Shown piece after piece: positions 1-14,255 of a stretch of 64,000 nucleotides of DNA (the stretch's first letter is position 1; the number at the start of each line of letters is the position of its first letter). Below the pieces are notes generated by a model. It saw only the letters and a list, made by a program, of their open reading frames with translations. It was not told where the DNA came from and ran no database searches. Source of the DNA: Narcine bancroftii (taxonomy: Eukaryota); the NCBI RefSeq assembly GCF_036971445.1, contig NC_091470.1, forward strand, positions 33,976,001 to 34,040,000. The letters are read 5' to 3'. The position numbers and the translations under genes are program-made.

Positions 1-343
1 TTAACAATCAGTTTATTGGTGTTGAGTTGCTTGACTATTGGTGTTCTATATAGTTATTTCTTCGTCCACTGCCTTGATGTCTGGTTGGTGCTGGACAATT
101 CACTAGCTAGGATTGAATGCTGTTTATAGCCCTTGTGCAGATTCACTTCTGGTTAACATGGGTCCGGGAGTGAACTTGCCAATAGCAGAGTAGCACTTTT
201 ATGTTTTGAGCAGCAAAAGGAACAGTAAATCTCACTGGAAAATACCATCTTCATGTATTTGTTGTTTTGTTTACAGTTGTGCTCAACCCAATGGAATGCT
301 TTAGTTTATCATCCACAAAGGTAAAAAGGCATTTATCGCAGTA

Positions 344-654
344 CAGGTTGTACCTCTTTAATCTGGTGATATTGGGACCTGGCCCCTGCCAGACCACAGA
401 AAATGCCAGAAAACAGAAATTTACATAGGGAGCTGCCTATGTAAACATATCAAAGGTAGAACAAAGCTTAAAACAGGAAATAATACAGTGGTACGGCACA
501 GTTAGCACAATGCCTTTACAGTGCCAGCGATTGGGACTGGGGTTCAAGCCCTGTGCTGTCTGTAAGGCGTTTGCACTAACGGCGGCAGATTCAAACATGC
601 CAGACCATGGGAGTTTCCGGCCCACAGAGTGCCGGATAAGAGAGGTACGACCTG
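344..654. mobile_element. Tc1/mariner (Tigger/pogo-like) MITE, short copy
   Basis: TA|CAGGTTGTACCTCT ... AGAGGTACGACCTG|TA terminal inverted repeats with TA target duplication; related to the 51107-52161 copy. Confidence 0.8.
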
Positions 655-2019
655 TAGCTGCAAGTTCTCAATGTTCAATGCACAATGATGGTTCTACTTT
701 ATGGCCCCAAAGTCAAGCGAGAGTTTAACTGAATAATGCACAGTAAATGCGGTTCTAATCAAAAACCTTCCCTGTAACCAAGTCCCAACTATCTTAGGAT
801 TTTTACTTTTAAAAAGAATTAAGAAATTTATTCAGTGATCCCCAAGAAATATAATTTATCCAGTTATTTAAAAATATGGGCAAAGAAATTGATCTTTGAT
901 CTGCAATATATTTGAGATAGATACAAATCCCCATTTCTAAATTACACTTCCACTGAAGTCAAGCAACTTATTTGTAGGAATTTTAAGAGTTAACTGTAAA
1001 CTATAACATGGTGAGTACTTTAACTGAAACACAAATACAAGCAAGAAATAACAAGAATGATACTGATTGTGGAAAAAAATACCACATTGATCCTTTGCCT
1101 TCAAGAGTCTCAATCCAAACCCCCCCCCACTCACCCCCACAGAAAAAGTCAAAAATTTTGACATCTGGCAAGAGTATAGTGGGAACAATAATTAATAATT
1201 AAATTTTGATTTAAGTTCACATTACGAACTATCAAATTTTGCAGATTCAATCTACAAGCTTTAATCTATTTGATCCAATGACTCAAGTTAATTACAGCCT
1301 GAAGAGGAGAATATCTCATGATAAACCATTACTAAGAGGCTCTTGATGTCAAAATCTTTTGAAAATTATTCTTGCCTAGATTGCAATTCCTGTCATTTTA
1401 GTAACATATCATTTCTTGACTTTAAATTTTAGTTCCTTCTGGTTAACGGAATTGAATTACGAGGGCAGAATTCAGATATTCTTGCTTTGTAATATTTGAA
1501 TTTCTAATCTCACAAGCTTTGGAACTTAACATTACATACAAGATCATTTTTTTGTTTAGATGAGGTCTGCTGCCAAATAGATATTTTCCCCTCTGTAGGT
1601 ATCTTAACTGTGTATATACAAATTAAATTAACACTAATATTCTCAGTTTATAGTTTATTAGTATTAAATTACCATTTTATAATGGTTCACAGGTGCAATA
1701 AATCCAAATTTGACCGATGACAAAAAAGAATGATTTGTTGTATTAACAGTGTAAGAACTAGCATATTGTCCAAGATTAAGCTAGAAAGTATTTTATGATC
1801 CACAGCAATAATGCACATTTATGTTCAAACAAAAGCAAGGCAAATTAGAAAATAAATGGGAATTACTTTCAATATCATGAGAATATTTTTAATCAAAAGG
1901 GAATTAGTATTATAGAACTGCAATAATTTCCGTTACTTCCAAAGCCAAATCAAGCTCGATAATGATGACTCGTAGATAAATGCAAGTTTGCAAACAACAA
2001 ATAGCTGTAATTTCCATAC

Positions 2020-2328
2020 CTCATTTGGTGACAATGGCTCCAGAGTGGGAATGACATCAAGGTCTTCATTGGTTTCTTTTTCATCATCATCAAAGAGGCT
2101 CTTCATTGCCTTTTGCTGGGCTGCAGCTTGATCTGAAGTATGTGTAGATGAAGGAGCATCCAACTGCATTTCTCCTTCTTCGTCATCTCTTAACTCCCCC
2201 TCTTCCAGTATGACCCCGGTATCTACTTTTGATACCCGCATGTCCAAAATACCATCTATCCAGGCTAATTCTGCATCCTTTGCTTTGCAGAATTGAAGAG
2301 AACTAACCAAAGAATCCTTTAGTCTAAC
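2020..2328 (-). CDS. CPSF2: CPSF2 coding exon 12 (remaining exons lie beyond position 1)
   Basis: [26 protein letters not shown]...[11 protein letters not shown]; 309 nt; CAG / GTATGG. The 12 exons sum to 2130 nt (710 codons) with consistent phase. Confidence 0.96.
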
Positions 2329-3397
2329 CTGTGCGAATGAAATATGCAAATATTGGGAAATCACAGGAAGCAACCACTAGGCCATCTACGTAATGGCAAC
2401 TAAAGCAGTTTAACAAGCAGGACTAGAGACTTTTATATTTTAATATGCAAAACCAAAAGCTACAAATTAAACATTAGAGGTCACTTTTTAAATTATAGGG
2501 TTTCCTATTTAAGACAAGAATTCATGTTTTTTCTCTCAGAGGGTCTGAAGTCTGTAACTCTACTTCCACTGTCCTTTGAGAAAGAAAATATTTAACTATT
2601 GTTAAGGCAGAGGTTGATAGGTCCTTAATAAGGGTTGAGTAGACTGGAGTTGATGCTACAATAAATTAATCAGGATCTTACTGAATGATGAAGTAGGCTT
2701 AATTCAAATGTTAGTGAATATGCATTTGGTGATTTTTAAACATGATCATTAGCTGACATTAAACAGGTTCAGAAAGATTTATGGAAGGTACTTTTATTAG
2801 AATTTTTTTTCTAAAATATATTATTGAATGTTTGATCAGTTTTATTGCATTGTAATAAAACATCTGCTTTTCTTCTTCCCTTTAAAGTTTCAGCTAATAT
2901 TAGGATACCCTGTACAGTAAAAAGATTTTGGTGCCATTTCCATACAGGCTACAATTTTCTATGTATGCATCTTACTCTTTGTCCCTCTAATTTGCTTTAG
3001 AAATCATCAAATATGGGTTTCACTGGCTCAGGTCCATAGACATAAAGGTCCAACACCAAACAAACAATTAAACTCATCATATAATTTGTTAGGTTTGAGG
3101 AGTTATTGATTCCAGCTGCAAATTAATCCTATTTTTAAAAATCTTATCTACAAACCAACTTTACAAAAATAGGAGCCACACTTACTTTGAACTACACAAA
3201 TGTATGTTTGTCCCACTTATGCCACCTAAAAGATTATGTCTTATCTGAAGAATATTGACCTTCAACAATTTTGCCTCAATCATGTTAGGAAATTAAATTA
3301 TTATTATTCAGCCTACACTATTATTTAACATTGAAGCAAGAAGAGTACAGCTCAAAATTAATATTCATCGAATATATTAATTTTTAAGCAGCTTTAC

Positions 3398-3623
3398 CTG
3401 GTAAATATGAGTTTCACTTGTAGCATCTATTGTTTCTTGAAGCTTTGGTGTGTAAACTTTGATGTCCTTTCCACCAAATGCTTTGCATGATTCAGCAAGA
3501 TCTTGGCTTGATTCTGGGGGTCCATGAACAATAATTAACTGACGGGGTTTCATCTGATTAATAATTTTTTTTATGGAGTCGCCATCTGAACGTCCTTCAT
3601 AATCAATATACGTCACTCTTGCT
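3398..3623 (-). CDS. CPSF2: CPSF2 coding exon 11
   Basis: [34 protein letters not shown]...ATSETHIYQ; 226 nt; CAG / GTAAAG. Confidence 0.97.
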
Positions 3624-3716
3624 CTGTTTCACAAAGGCAAATTATTCAATGATAGATACAGTTCTCTTCTTTTCTGTTTGCAACATGTTATTCTCAAATA
3701 TTACAGCTTCACTCAC

Positions 3717-3869
3717 CTGATTTCTATAGTTTCTGTTGCTGAAACACACTTGGTTGGAACATCAGAGAGATCCTGATCCATAGGTTCTTCCCCATTAGTC
3801 AGACCAGAATCAAGTTTGCTCTTTTCTTCTTCTGTGGCCTGAAGCTCTGGAACTAAAAAATCCTCAGCT
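3717..3869 (-). CDS. CPSF2: CPSF2 coding exon 10
   Basis: [50 protein letters not shown]; 153 nt; CAG / GTGAGT. Confidence 0.96.
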
Positions 3870-3989
3870 CTGTTGTAAAATAGCAATAAATACAAATAAG
3901 GAAGCACAGAAGAATGAAGCTCATATGTACAGATATGAAATCCAAAAATATCAAATTGAATGAAAAAAAAGTTGTTTCAAAACAAAAAA

Positions 3990-4925
3990 AAAAATGACAC
4001 CTTAGGGCATGAGGAAGAATGAGAAATATTGTTACTCGCCACAGAAAATGCCGGAGATCGAGCTGCATAAATCGCGACTTAAAGCGGGAGAAGGATTTGG
4101 GGGTTCAATTTGAAAGTGATCATGGGAGGGATATTTGTAGAGATACTATGACAAAGTTAGTAAATGTTAGATACAGACTGGTGACTTCTAATTTTGTACA
4201 TCAATTATATTTGACCCCAGAACGTTTGAAAAGATTTTAGCTGAGTGCTTCGGATTGGTGTTTTCGGTGCAGTGATCAAAAAGGTACGTTTCTGCACTCA
4301 GTATGGTCTTGGGATAAAGTTAGGGGCTTTTGGTATAGATTGAGAGATTGTTCACAAAACATTTTTAAAAATAAAATTTTCTTGAGATCCAAAGATTTTT
4401 GTTTAATTGAAGATGTTAGTGAAATGGGCTTGACACATAAATTAGATAAATTTTAAATGGCGTTTTTAAGATTAGGTTTAGCAGGTGGCAAGGAAATGTA
4501 TGGCTTTTTCATGGAATTTAATTTACAAAGATGGCATTCGGAAATAAGATCGTGTATACCAATGGAGAAGAAGATAACTTATCATTTAAGGGATAAATAT
4601 TATGTAGTTATAAGGATTTGGAGCCCATATTTGGATTATTTTTATTTGAGAATTTAAGACCGGTCTTGAGTGCTGCTGGATCTCCTTATCATAGAGTAAA
4701 AATGAATGATTTTGGGTGTTCTCCTCATCTATTTTGTTTCTTCTCTTTTGCTATTCTTTTCTTTGTTAGTGGGGGGTAGAGGGTTAAGAGGTAGGATAGA
4801 GGAAGGGGATAGTGTTGAGGATGGGGGGAGTTGGGGGTTATTTTCTGTAGTTCTTTTTTAGTTTATATTTCTGTAACCATGTTTAAATTTTGACAGTTAT
4901 TAGTATAAATAAAATATTAAAAAAG
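3990..4925 (+). mobile_element. Degraded L1-clade LINE 3' fragment
   Basis: ORF2 C-terminal remnants (NFVHQLYLTPERL, CFRC..GTFLHSVW, WHSEIRSCIPMEKK), G-rich 3' UTR, A-rich tail; boundaries approximate. Confidence 0.65.
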
Positions 4926-7490
4926 ATTGTTGCTCTGAATGTAACTCGAGGAGGTTCAAACAATCAATAATCTTGGGTGACATCAATAGTTGTTTAGGTC
5001 ACAATGAAGTTACCAGCACGATGTAGCAATAGATGGTTATTAAATAATTTATGAATAAAAGATCACTGGATACATTTAAAAAAAGAGAGAAGAGACGAGA
5101 TGTCTACAAAGATCATCTGCCCTTTTCCTTCCTTTGTAGGGCTTCTTGCGTCATATACAAGATCAAAACTTGTACTGAGAAGCATTGACATCAGACAATT
5201 TTTATTAAAGACACCTTTTGACAAAAAAAAATTCAAAGGCACTTCACAAGTAGAATCTGATAAAAAAAATGAAAGATAGAGGTAATAGGGAAGATAATTA
5301 AAATCATAATCAAGACATTTCTACAAAAGGAGAGACAGTACAATGTGTAAACAAACATAGAAAAAGTAATATCTGATTTTAGAGTTGACAGGAATATAAA
5401 TGGATTGAAAAGATTCAAACATGGGTACACAATTGGAGCCTAACATGGAAACAGAAAAGATATAGGAGGTGAGGGTGTAGCTTGCAAGGTTAAGGAGAAT
5501 CAAAGACAAAATTCTGGGGAAGGTGATAACAGCAGCTGTGAAGGAGGGAGTATGCTAGGCAATAGTGAATGATTTACATTGTCACCCAACACAAGAATTG
5601 GGGGTCAGTTTTGTTGAAATAAGGTCATCAAAGCAAGAGATAGATCTGAAAAAGAGAGGAAATAAGTGCAAACAAAACCAATGAAAAAGGTATGGGGTTG
5701 GAGGGGAAAGAGGTAGGAGGGTAAATTGGTAGAACAAAGGAAAAACCTCTGATCTGGTGAGAACAAATGAGTTAGTGTGGTGGTTAGCATTCAAAACTGA
5801 CCATTTTTAATAGTCGGTGATTTTAGCTCAGTATTTTATATTCTCTACTGCCACATTATTTCCTTTAATCTCACCCCATGTAAGATATTCCCTCTATTGT
5901 ACGCATTCCTCTCCATCTTCCCTGCTATTGAAAAGCAAATTCTTTTCTCTCTTTCCCAGTTCAGTTGTGGGATTTTATATCTGAACTGATAACTCTTTTT
6001 CTCTTTAGATAGCTACTGCCCTACTTGCTGACTATTTTCAGCATTGTTTTTATTTCAGATTTACAGTATTTCCTTTTTTTTAGATCTTCAAACAAGAAAA
6101 AGGCAGCAGATGAGGCATTTGTAGGATAAAGCAACTGTGACTTTACAGGACAGCTGAATGATTGGACTCAATCACATAATAAATTCTACAATAAGATAAA
6201 TGATATATTTTTAGAAAGTAGCAAAAAGAACCTGTCTTTCATTAAATAAAAATGATATGATTGATTCAGCCGATTAAGAAATAACACACTATGCGGAGGA
6301 GACTGAACAGTAAGTCACCCCTATAGAATAGGTATGGGGTCTTTGGCCCACAATGTCTGTACTGAACAAGATGCCAAATTAAAGTAAATCTCTCTTTCTG
6401 CACGATGTATATCCCTCATTTTGCTGTATATTAATGTGTCTATCTGAAAGCCTCTTATGTGCTATGATCAACACTGACACTACCCTTGTGCTACAGTTTT
6501 CCCTTCAATTAGTTTATTAACAAAAAATGATTCCTCCACCCGACTTTGTTTTTTCTTGCCTCTCCCTTTGTCTGGCAACTGTCAATCTACCGCCTCTATC
6601 CATCATGCTTCTCCCCTCTCAACCAATCTCACAAGGCCCCCTGTCCTCTTTACACCTCTTCTCCACATTCTAGGACAAAGGGGCCAGCCTAAAACATCAA
6701 TCATTCTTTTTCTCCCACTGGTGCCGCTCAATTCACTGAGTTCCTCCAGCAGGTGGTGTTTAGCTATGGGTGATGATGTGCAAAATAATTCTGAAAGCAG
6801 TCGGAAGCTATTTTTATTGGAAATACCTGCTGTTTTATCATATTCATATTTGACAAATATTAATCAAGAAACATTTATCTGGTAAATGCTCAAAAGTGCT
6901 GGAGAAACTCAGCAGATTCCACAGTGTCCACAGGAGGCAAACATATATAACCAATGTTTTCAACCTGAGCCCTTCTTCTGAGTTTCTCTAGCACTTTTGT
7001 GTTTTTACTGCAATTACAGCGCCTGCAGACTTCCTTGTTTCAATCACTTATCCAGACCAGCTTTACTTCATTGTAGCACATCATGAATGCTGCAAAATAC
7101 AAGTAGGCAATGTCAATCAAGTTCACAGTCATGTACAACATTAAAATAAGTCAATTGTTAATTGACTCCATGGTCAACGTGGTTAAAGTTTGTAGGCAAT
7201 GGGAAAACTACAGAAGAGAACCAAGCAGGGTTCGATGCAAGAAAACCAATCAGGGTTGCAGGGGAACACTTTCTTGAAACAATCAAAAACCAAAAGATGG
7301 TAAACACAAGTGTCACAACTCCATGTATCATGTATCCATTGCTTTCAAAATCATACATGAAGTGGCTATGTTAAAGCACAATCTCCCACCATAGTTAGAA
7401 TACTTAAAAGCAATGGATCTCAACTGGAACCATCTCCTCAAAGGGGAGGATTGTTAGGATAGATTTTTTTTACCATTAAGATGGAAGTAC

Positions 7491-7691
7491 CTTATTATTT
7501 CTCCATATTCGTCCCACTTCACTCTCTCTTCAGTAGCCGGGAACATGGGATAAGATTTTTTAGCTTGTTTGAAGAAGCTGCCTTTGCGACTACTTTCACT
7601 TTTCATCATGAGATCATGCTTAGCTTTTCCAGTCAGCGGTTGGTCTAAGTCTTCTTCAACATCACTCTCATCGCTGGAGTCAACATCTCGC
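7491..7691 (-). CDS. CPSF2: CPSF2 coding exon 9
   Basis: [17 protein letters not shown]...[23 protein letters not shown]; 201 nt; CAG / GTACTT. Confidence 0.96.
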
Positions 7692-8317
7692 CTGCAGGGA
7701 AAATCCAATCAGAGACTTTATTAAAGTAGTTCTAAACAAAAACATAATGCCACACATACAGCTTTAACTAATATTACGCATTAGGCATGTTGGAATTTTG
7801 ATCAAACAGTTTAAGAATTCCAACCTTGGCTCTGAATGTGCACAGTTGCCATTTTGTTACAGTTATCCTGTGCAAAGTCTTACTTCTATTAAAGCTTCAT
7901 ATATTCACAAGTACATAAATAGAAAAATGCATTTTATTGTTTCAGTTATTGAAAACATAAAATGGCACCACTTCCAAAAAGTAATGTCTGCATTTAGCCT
8001 TCTCAAATGAAGGATGGAACTTCCACATTGCATTGCCCAATGCAGAAGCCCCTGGCTTACTGACAGATTCTGTAAGCCAAGTCTGTCAGTTTTCTCCACT
8101 ACGAGAATGAATACAAGTTTCCACTTGCATATCACCTCAGTCTTCCCACTACCCTTCTATGCACTTCAATACCCTTCAAGCAAAGCACAACCTAAGCCCC
8201 AGAATAGCACCTCCTCTGACTTGCCAAGTAACTGCCGATAGAATTCTACCTCCAAAGTGAGCAAAGAAAATAAAAATCTCAAGCACAATGGTTCAACAAT
8301 ACAACCTTTCTACTTAC

Positions 8318-8418
8318 TCTTTCTCTTGTTCCTGTTTTTTAGCTGCCTCTTTTTTAAGTTTTTCCTTCTCCAGATACTCTTCCAATTCCTTCCCTTCCAA
8401 TTTTACACGACGTCTAAT
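8318..8418 (-). CDS. CPSF2: CPSF2 coding exon 8
   Basis: [33 protein letters not shown]; 101 nt; TAG / GTAAGT. Confidence 0.95.
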
Positions 8419-9128
8419 CTATTAATAAACATTATTGTCACAGGTACATTTAAAACATTGAGGCATGTCACCCAGCAAAAATAATACAAGAGAAATTTAA
8501 AGTTATTAACCAGAGAAAAGAAAATTAATTCTTCAATATTTGATTGAACGGATATTACTCAATTTTCCCCTAAGTACTTAACATTGAGTTTCTTATTCAG
8601 TGCTTAGTTAATATTTTTTTTAATTTATATGCATTTGGATATTTAAAGATAAAATTAATACAGTATAATTACAGATAACACTGAACAATCATGAACTGCA
8701 ATAAAAATACCATAACTGGATGCCACAAAATACTGTTTAACTACAGTGTCAAGCCATTGAACAGGGGATGCAGAATGTGGCAGCAATGCATCTCTCCATG
8801 AATTAAGTGAACCTGAGAGTAAAGTTAATTCTCCTGTGGGAGAAGAAAATATAAGGAAAATTATGTCACTTATTTTAGTGCATCTGTTCAGAATCCAATG
8901 AATTACAGGTGTGGATACTTGGGAGTTGATTGCTGGCTCAAAGACAGAGGATGCTACAAGTCTGCAAAACCCATGGGGAATTTCTGAACCCTATATCATC
9001 ATCGACTAAAACAATCTTCCCTCATTTACAGTGATTACATTACAATACAGAATTTTCATTAACAAAAGAATAACAACTCTCATTTCAATCTGTAGTCTTT
9101 TTTTTAAAAAAAACGCTTGCATCATTAC

Positions 9129-9419
9129 CTCTATTTCCATTTTTTTGGTGAGAGGGTTGTCTATCAAATATCTGGCCAGTGTGCCTGGTGTTGTTCTGTA
9201 TGTGAGAATCACAGAATTCTTTGAGTCCTGACACCACTGTATGAATAGGTCACGTGAAAATCCACATTCCATGTCGGATTGGCTGGCGAGCACAACCTTT
9301 GGACTGGGCACTCGAGCCAGATCCGAAAGGCTGTGGCACAAAGAAAGGTGACGAAATTGAAAGGGATTGTTTCGCTTGTCTTCAAAGCATCTCATCAACT
9401 TGTCGCTCATCCATTCTAC
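9129..9419 (-). CDS. CPSF2: CPSF2 coding exon 7
   Basis: [25 protein letters not shown]...[21 protein letters not shown]; 291 nt; TAG / GTAATG. Confidence 0.97.
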
Positions 9420-10316
9420 CTAAAATTAATGGGATAATTAAGTCAGTATTGTATGATTACATCCTTGTGCTAACTCAACATATTCTGTAGCATTTCTTAA
9501 TGCACATTATATTTTTATATAAAATGATTTGAACCCATGTTTTCATTTCAACCACAGAACATTTATAGACATATTCCCAGAAATATATATTTTTTTAAAT
9601 GTCAAAAAGCTGGGTGATAACAATTACACCAAGTTTCTTTCAAAATAAGTTTACTAATGTGTAGTTTTACCATAACTGAAAACACCGCTAATGGAAACCC
9701 CAAGATTAAAAATTATTATTTTGTTAAAGCATCATGAAATCAACAATCAGAGAAAAGCCTATTGTATGTATAAAAGTGATTCCATTTAAAGAATGAAAGG
9801 AATGGATTTGAAGCACAAAATCAATCATGAACAGTAATCTACCATCTGATTTCTATCTGTCATAGTAGGATCAGTTGATACACGAAGATTCAAAAAACTG
9901 TTCTTGAATCTAGAGATGCAGGATTTCAGGTTTCTGTACCTTCTGGCTGAAGGTCACACTGAGAAGAGAGTATGGTGAGGGTGATGAGGGTCATTTATGA
10001 TGTTAGCTGACATCACTACCTCTTGAAGCAGTACTTCACACAGATATCATTATAGTATTTGACATCTTGCCAAATGTTCTCAGACTCCTTAGAAAGTAGA
10101 TACTTGGCTGAAAGACAAATGCTGAGTACCTTGACCTTATTTACAATCAGACGCAGCTAAAGCTGGCTAAATGGCTCATTCCTCAAATGCACACAAGCTT
10201 TTGGATTTTGAGAGACTGATGATGCATTAACTTCTCTCACTAGTGATTTTGTGTAAGACATAAAAATGGAGAAAAAGAATTTTGTGTAAAACATACCAAT
10301 GGCCTCTATCCTTCTA

Positions 10317-10640
<324 letters not shown>

Positions 10641-12494
10641 TCACTGGGATTGAAAGAAGCTCTAACAATGCTGACATTGACACACCAATCAACACAGAAA
10701 TTTTAAAAGTTACACTTTTGTTGCATGCATGTTTATAATTCTGCTCAAATATTATCCACATATTTCAACTCTACTGAAGGCCTAAGAAACTGCTTTTTAT
10801 ATTTCTGAAATGGATCAAGAGAACTCTGTGATACTGTCTGTATTTTTGCTATTCTCTCTTCCATCTTGTTTCACATGGAACGTCACAGCCCAGTACAGGC
10901 GCTTCACTTCATGATGTTGTACTGATCTATTTACACCCACTCCACAACAAACTAATCCTTCCCTACCTCACACCCATAACCTTCTATTTTTCTTACAATG
11001 ACATGACTATTGAAAAGCCTTTTAAATGTCCCTATTGAAAGAGCCTCCACCACCTACCCCTAGTTGTCGCCACAACCCCAAAAGTGGTTTTGTTTCTTTC
11101 TTCTCTGAATATTAAATGGGAATGCTCTATTAAAAGATTAAAGCATTCTACTAATTTAAAATATTTATGTATTTATCCATTTATACAGACTTATTTTGGA
11201 TCACCACAAGAACATGATCTTCAAAAGACTATACAAAGAGTTAAGAAAGATAGTAATCAAAATAACTTTCAACTCAATTGAATTCTACAAAATAATTATA
11301 GGTGTTTAAACTCTTAATTCTAGAAGCTTGAAAAAAATTGTTTCTTTCAACATTTCGAACAATTATTACATTAGAATCATCATTAGTACACAGCCATTAA
11401 TTATGCCTTGTCTAATTACATTAAAATTTAGACCATCTTGTATTTATTTGGAAATCCCAACATGTGAGCCAAGGATCCAGAGTGCAAGTAAAGTGAGATT
11501 CAGATGTATGGTTGGAGTTGGGTGTCTGCACAATAGGCTGGATCTGCAGTCCAAGTGAGGGTCAGGAACAGGGATGTTCGTACAGCACATTTGTTTTGAC
11601 AAGGTGAATGTTTATAAGATGAAACTCAACTGCTTCTATTTCCTGCTCCTTTTAAACTCACTGTGGCTCAATCTATGCTAACAAGCTTAAATTCACAATT
11701 TTCACTGAAAATTTTACTATTCCTTATCAAAGGTGAAATAAAAGTGGATTGGTGTATTAACTGGAGTAATATCCAATACTTCAGAAAATCTGTTAGTCCA
11801 GCACTAACAAAATCCCAAGGCAGCTGGATTATCATCAGTATTGAAATTGTTAAAATCCAGTAATGCTATCTCCCATTACTATGAAGTATAAAGACAAATT
11901 TGATAGTATCAAGAAATAATAAAAGCAAATTCAAATCTCTGTGTGGTTTTAATTAATGATTCATAAGGCTGGCACTTTTAAGATTGCCAATAAATGCAAG
12001 GAAAACTAGAACTTTGTCTAATTTAAAGAGATCTCCCAATTCCTTGGCGATTTGCTCAACACATAGGTGAATTTGTTTTTAACCCTGAAAATAGCAGGGC
12101 TTACACAACTATTTGGCTAAATTAACAAAAAACATGCAAGAGTTGCCAGATTCACAACTAGTCACCATCACTTAAATTTTATTACAGTAATAAAAAGATC
12201 GAATTTGGTTGATGTACGTTGCAAAATGCTCAGTTTTACAGTATAGAGAACTACAAACAAATTTTGATCCAAATCAACATCTTTACTGTGAATATTAATA
12301 GGGCAACGTGATTCCGAAATACAACAGAATTGAATGAAAAATCTCCCCAACTTCTGCATAAAAGCAAAGGAATTTAGAAGCTGTTCTAAAACATACTAAC
12401 TGCTGTTTGAATATGGCAACTGTACTAGTCTTGTTTGGGCAGAAATCCCATTATTTCTGATTTTTGAGATTATATGTTGTTGAAAAATACATAC

Positions 12495-12610
12495 TGAGCA
12501 ATTGCTCATCTCGTTGTTTTCTTCGGGGTTGAACATAGGTGGCGTTGAAAGAATCTGTGATGAGTAATGAAGGACGACTAATCATTTCCAGTGAACATCC
12601 GTTCAGGTGT
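12495..12610 (-). CDS. CPSF2: CPSF2 coding exon 5
   Basis: [38 protein letters not shown]; 116 nt; TAG / GTATGT. Confidence 0.96.
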
Positions 12611-12931
12611 CTAAGAGGTAAAACAGATGATTACTTGAAATATTGTCCATAGAAATTTCTTAATCTGATCTCACTAGGGGTCCAGTACAAGAGTCCATGT
12701 TATAAGAAAAATGTCTGATTTCATATCTGAAATCAAAGTTCAAAGATTTCAGAATATGGGCCAGATATGTTGTGGTCTATCGCAAGAATCATTTAACATT
12801 AAAGGCACATTGCTCCATATATAGCCTGGATCTCTTCAGATGACTTTTAAGATATTAACTAATGCTTTATACAAGTTTTGACAAGTAGAAAATGTGTGAG
12901 TTCGCAAAGGTGATATTAAAAATCTTTCTTA

Positions 12932-13219
<288 letters not shown>

Positions 13220-13726
13220 TTATATAGCAAAAGTAAAAATACATGATATAAAATAAAATAAATAGATTGAACCATAATTTATTGCAGTCTTTTGGTCACA
13301 TAACTAAATGCATAACTCCAAGGTATTCCAAATCCAAAAGACTTGAACCTCAGAGAAATTGAGCCATTTGGCATTACAGTAATAGAGCTGGCAGCACCTG
13401 TTGTGACTCAGGACAGTTTCCCCATTTAGTGAGGTTTATGCATTCCATAGTGATTGCACTTAAACATTAAAGTTTTTATACATGCAATTGATGAGAAGAA
13501 TGCCATACATTCAAGGTTTTTTTCTGGATGAGGCCCCTAGTCTCCAGAGCTACATCTTCATAAGATCCAGCTGAGATTTAAGACCCACATTGCAGATGGG
13601 TTAGAGCCATAAATTTATTGATTAGAACTACAATGATGCCAACCTTTTCTACCAAGAGCAAAAAATTATTTTCCTTATGTTAATAAATTGAACTTGAGCC
13701 TCATTACCCAGGTCTTCAGACCATAC

Positions 13727-13832
13727 CTTTTAAGTTGACAATCTGTGAGTATTTCAGTTGCTGAATCTTGTCAAATGCTGCATCTACATCATCCAAGGTA
13801 AACAGAGAGAACTCTTCGGTATTGTGCCGAGA
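13727..13832 (-). CDS. CPSF2: CPSF2 coding exon 3
   Basis: [35 protein letters not shown]; 106 nt; AAG acceptor, GTATGG donor; in frame with neighbours. Confidence 0.95.
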
Positions 13833-14095
13833 CTTGTAACAAGAAATTAAACTGATTTACAACCTCATAGTATGAAATTATATCTTAAAGAACTTAATTT
13901 TAAACCTATTATCTTAAATTAGCCTTACAATCTTAAGGTATTATCGATGCATAATTTAAGAAAAAAACATTAAGACCAAGACTTGGTGCCCCTTGCATCT
14001 CCTTTTAATCACTTTTGGCTGGCTCCTGACAAAGCTAAGATTTTAAACACACATGAAGATCAATTCCATCCACAGACTGCTATCAATGAACTTAC

Positions 14096-14255
14096 CTGAA
14101 AGAGATCATACATAAACATCTGCCCCATCTTGTAAACAGGAATAGTAGCATAAATTGAGCAGTTTAAACCCAGCCTTCCAACAGCATAAGGGAGTGCTCC
14201 TAGGTGTAATGGATCAGGATGAGAAAGTAGGATTGCATCGACCAAATGAACATAC
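14096..14255 (-). CDS. CPSF2: CPSF2 coding exon 2
   Basis: [53 protein letters not shown]; 160 nt; AG/GT boundaries; contains the degenerate metallo-beta-lactamase motif SHPDPLH typical of CPSF100. Confidence 0.97.
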